The notes under the pieces: model-generated
What the model was told of the DNA's origin: nothing
Database searches by the model: none
What the model saw: only the letters and a program-made list of their open reading frames with translations
Source: Candidatus Bathyarchaeia archaeon
GTDB lineage: Archaea; Thermoproteota; Bathyarchaeia; Bathyarchaeales; Bathycorpusculaceae
DNA length: 64,000 nucleotides
Assembly (NCBI GenBank): GCA_038882975.1
Contig: JAVZNE010000001.1
Coordinates: 224,001-288,000, forward strand
Reading direction: 5' to 3'
Part shown: piece by piece, positions 61,959-64,000 of the stretch
How the letters are laid out: every line of letters starts with the position of its first letter
Position numbering within the stretch: position 1 is the first letter of the stretch
Made by a program: the position numbers and the translations under genes

Positions 61959-62513
61959 TTAAGCCATGTGCTCAAGGAGGATTTTTAGGCCTATGGCTAT
62001 TAGGATTAGTCCGCCTAAAACTTCAATTTTGTCTGGTAAGGTTTTTCCAAGTTTGTCTCCTATGGTTGCGCCCATAAAGGATAATGTGAAGGTTATTGTG
62101 CCTATGATTGCTATTGGCATAGTTATGGAGATTTTTAGGAAGGCGAAGCTTAAGCCCACTGCCATGGCGTCTATGCTTGTGGCAACAGACAACAACAAAA
62201 GTGTTGGAAAGTTGAGTTTTCTACTTCTCGGCTGGTGGTTAGCGATTACTGCTTCATAAATCATTTTGCATCCAATTAAGGCTAAAAGCCCAAACGCAAG
62301 CCAGTGGTCAAAACCGGCTATAAGCCCTAGGATTTCAACGCCCATCAGCCATCCTATTACTGGCATAAAGGCTTGGAAAGCCCCAAAAGATGAAGCCATT
62401 TTTAAGGCGTTGGCTTTTCCGTTGCCTTTGGCTGTTATGCCGTAGGCTATGGAGACGCTGAAGGCGTCCATTGCAAGTCCAACGGCTATGACAAGTATTG
62501 TGGCAATGTCCAA
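61959..62513 (-). CDS. mntP: Manganese efflux pump MntP family
   Basis: LAMDAF, FQA.MP..G, DHW, ATSIDA.AVG. Confidence 0.92.
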   Translation of the reverse strand: MDIATILVIAVGLAMDAFSVSIAYGITAKGNGKANALKMASSFGAFQAFMPVIGWLMGVEILGLIAGFDHWLAFGLLALIGCKMIYEAVIANHQPRSRKLNFPTLLLLSVATSIDAMAVGLSFAFLKISITMPIAIIGTITFTLSFMGATIGDKLGKTLPDKIEVLGGLILIAIGLKILLEHMA

Positions 62514-62615
62514 TGGTGTGCACTTTAATGGGTGTTTTGCCTATAAAAGGGGTTTCTGCCTTGGGAAAAGCTTTTCCATATGTCTTGTATTCCATTTTTG
62601 ATGGTGAAAACTCTC

Positions 62616-62909
62616 TTGAAGGTTTCGGTGCGCTTCTTCACGGTGCTTCGGGAAATCACAGGAAAACGCGAGGAAACGCTGGAGTTTCCAGATGGCGAGA
62701 ACATTACAGTAGAGAAGGTGCTCGGAAAATTGGCAGAGCGCTATGGGAAAGATTTTGTTGAATATGTTTATGACAGTAAGACTGGCGATGTGAAGGGTTT
62801 TCTCCAATTCCTAATAAATGGGAGAAGCGCCTCAACCCTTAAAGGGCTGAAGACGGAACTGGCTGACGGCGACGTTTTAGCGATAATACCACCAGTGGGC
62901 GGCGGCTAA
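62616..62909 (+). CDS. MoaD/ThiS/SAMP ubiquitin-like protein
   Basis: V.FF..LRE..G, L.DGD.L.IIPPVGGG C-terminus; SD GGTGA. Confidence 0.92.
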   Translation: MKVSVRFFTVLREITGKREETLEFPDGENITVEKVLGKLAERYGKDFVEYVYDSKTGDVKGFLQFLINGRSASTLKGLKTELADGDVLAIIPPVGGG

Positions 62910-62923
62910 AAGGAAGGCTGTTC

Positions 62924-63022
62924 GGTCAATTTTAGGCTGTGGGGTTTTGCTAAATTGGATACCCCTCTCTAGGTTTTTGGCTTTCCCACAAGCCAATAGT
63001 GGACTCTCCCCTCTAGATTTTT
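62924..63022 (+). repeat. Dispersed intergenic repeat, copy 3 (two core units)
   Basis: GGTCAATTTTAGG...TAAATTGGATACCCCTCTCTAGGTTTTT...GCCAATAGTG aligns with 39445-39550. Confidence 0.75.
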
Positions 63023-63056
63023 AGGTCTGATAAGCAATAGTTTTCTTGAGCCAGCA

Positions 63057-64000
63057 ATGGGTAAATGCCGAGTCTGCGGTGAAAATTCGCCTTTAATATC
63101 TGGGAATTTGGGCGTCTGCCTAAAATGTATTAGGAAAAAACCGGAAAAAGCCCTAGAAGTCGCAAGGGAAGCCCATGCAAATAGCCGTACCGTTTATGGT
63201 TTGCCCCCAGAACCACCAAGAGATGAGGGTGGACTGCCATGCGGTGTTTGCGCCAACAACTGCATTATAGGTGGGGGTAATAGTGGCTTTTGTGGGCTTG
63301 TTTGGAATGTTGGAGGTCGCCTCATCCGTTTCGGCGGAACAGCCGAGCAAGGTGTCTTGGAATGGTATTATGATGGGTTGCCCACCAACTGTGTGAGCTG
63401 GTGGTTTTGTCCCGGCTGCACTGGCAATGGTTATCCAAAATACGCTTACAAGCCGGAACCAGAATATGGCTATTACAATTTGGCTGTTTTTTACGGCGCA
63501 TGCAGTTATGACTGCCTCTTCTGCCAGAACTGGCATTATCGCAATCTCTCAGCCAAACACAAGCCAGTTATGAGCGCCGAAGCCCTAGCCCAAAAAGCCT
63601 TCGACAAAAGGGTTTCATGCATATGCTATTTTGGCGGAGACCCTTCGCCCCAGATGCCGCACTCGTTAGAGGCAAGCCGCATAGCCCTAGAAAAAGCCGA
63701 AGAGGAAAAGCGAATAATGCGAGTTTGCTGGGAAACCAACGGCTACATGAACCCAAAACTGGCGGAGAAAGCCGCAGAACTAGCCCTAAAAAGCGGGGGC
63801 AACATAAAATTCGACTTAAAAGTGTGGAGTGAGCCACTAGCCATAGCCCTATGTGGAGTATCCAACAAACCATCCCTAGAAAACTTCAAAATGATAGGCG
63901 AAAAATACTATGCGAAACGCCCAGAACTGCCAGTCCTAACAGCAAGCACACTGCTTGCGCCGGGATACGTGGACGCAGAAGAAGTCGAAAAAATAGCCCA
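63057..64000 (+). CDS. Radical SAM protein (PFL-activase/AmmeMemoRadiSam-A-like) with a Cys-rich N-terminus; runs off the window
   Basis: ATG 63057 MGKCRVCG; CSYDCLFCQN (CxxxCxxC), FGGDP, WETNG, FDLK. Confidence 0.88.
   Translation, partial: MGKCRVCGENSPLISGNLGVCLKCIRKKPEKALEVAREAHANSRTVYGLPPEPPRDEGGLPCGVCANNCIIGGGNSGFCGLVWNVGGRLIRFGGTAEQGVLEWYYDGLPTNCVSWWFCPGCTGNGYPKYAYKPEPEYGYYNLAVFYGACSYDCLFCQNWHYRNLSAKHKPVMSAEALAQKAFDKRVSCICYFGGDPSPQMPHSLEASRIALEKAEEEKRIMRVCWETNGYMNPKLAEKAAELALKSGGNIKFDLKVWSEPLAIALCGVSNKPSLENFKMIGEKYYAKRPELPVLTASTLLAPGYVDAEEVEKIA

Noticed and set aside
62514-62615. Mn-sensing yybP-ykoY riboswitch upstream of mntP
   Set aside because: The gap is short and shared with a divergent gene, and no recognisable riboswitch structure is visible.
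415-62807. Numerous short antisense or alternate-frame ORFs inside core genes
   Set aside because: They overlap well-supported genes and carry no recognisable motifs.
63153-63873. ORF-track ORFs in the last kilobase
   Set aside because: They are shadows of the + strand radical SAM gene starting at 63057.

Overview
This is a 64 kb, gene-dense archaeal chromosomal segment. The gene content and protein style (TACK-type superoperons, Smc-ScpAB, dockerin-tailed and PEF-CTERM-like surface proteins) suggest Bathyarchaeia; this is an inference, not a database result. Most of it is core genome: the proteasome/exosome superoperon, the rpoD-L18e-L13-S9-rpoN-eno-S2-MEMO-mvk-ipk-fni-GGPPS-gltX-srp19 superoperon, smc-scpA-scpB, S13-S4-S11, alaS, tiaS, thermosome, and a 2-oxoacid dehydrogenase E1a/E1b/E2 cluster. 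The accessory part (about 35.4-42.6 kb) holds an orphan dockerin-tailed ABC binding protein, a tRNA 3'-end fragment with a decayed tyrosine integrase, and a wHTH / repeat array / type IV pilin / coiled-coil / roadblock-DPBB / roadblock / wHTH / wHTH cluster. Two signals remain unexplained. The first is a non-coding repeat family (core YCTCTA followed by a T-run) at three intergenic loci (about 5.5, 39.4 and 63.0 kb). The second is the pilin-linked double-roadblock module, which has no GTPase in the window. I found no complete tRNA, rRNA or CRISPR array. All product calls come from motifs and gene order read by eye, and several start codons were adjusted from the ORF track.
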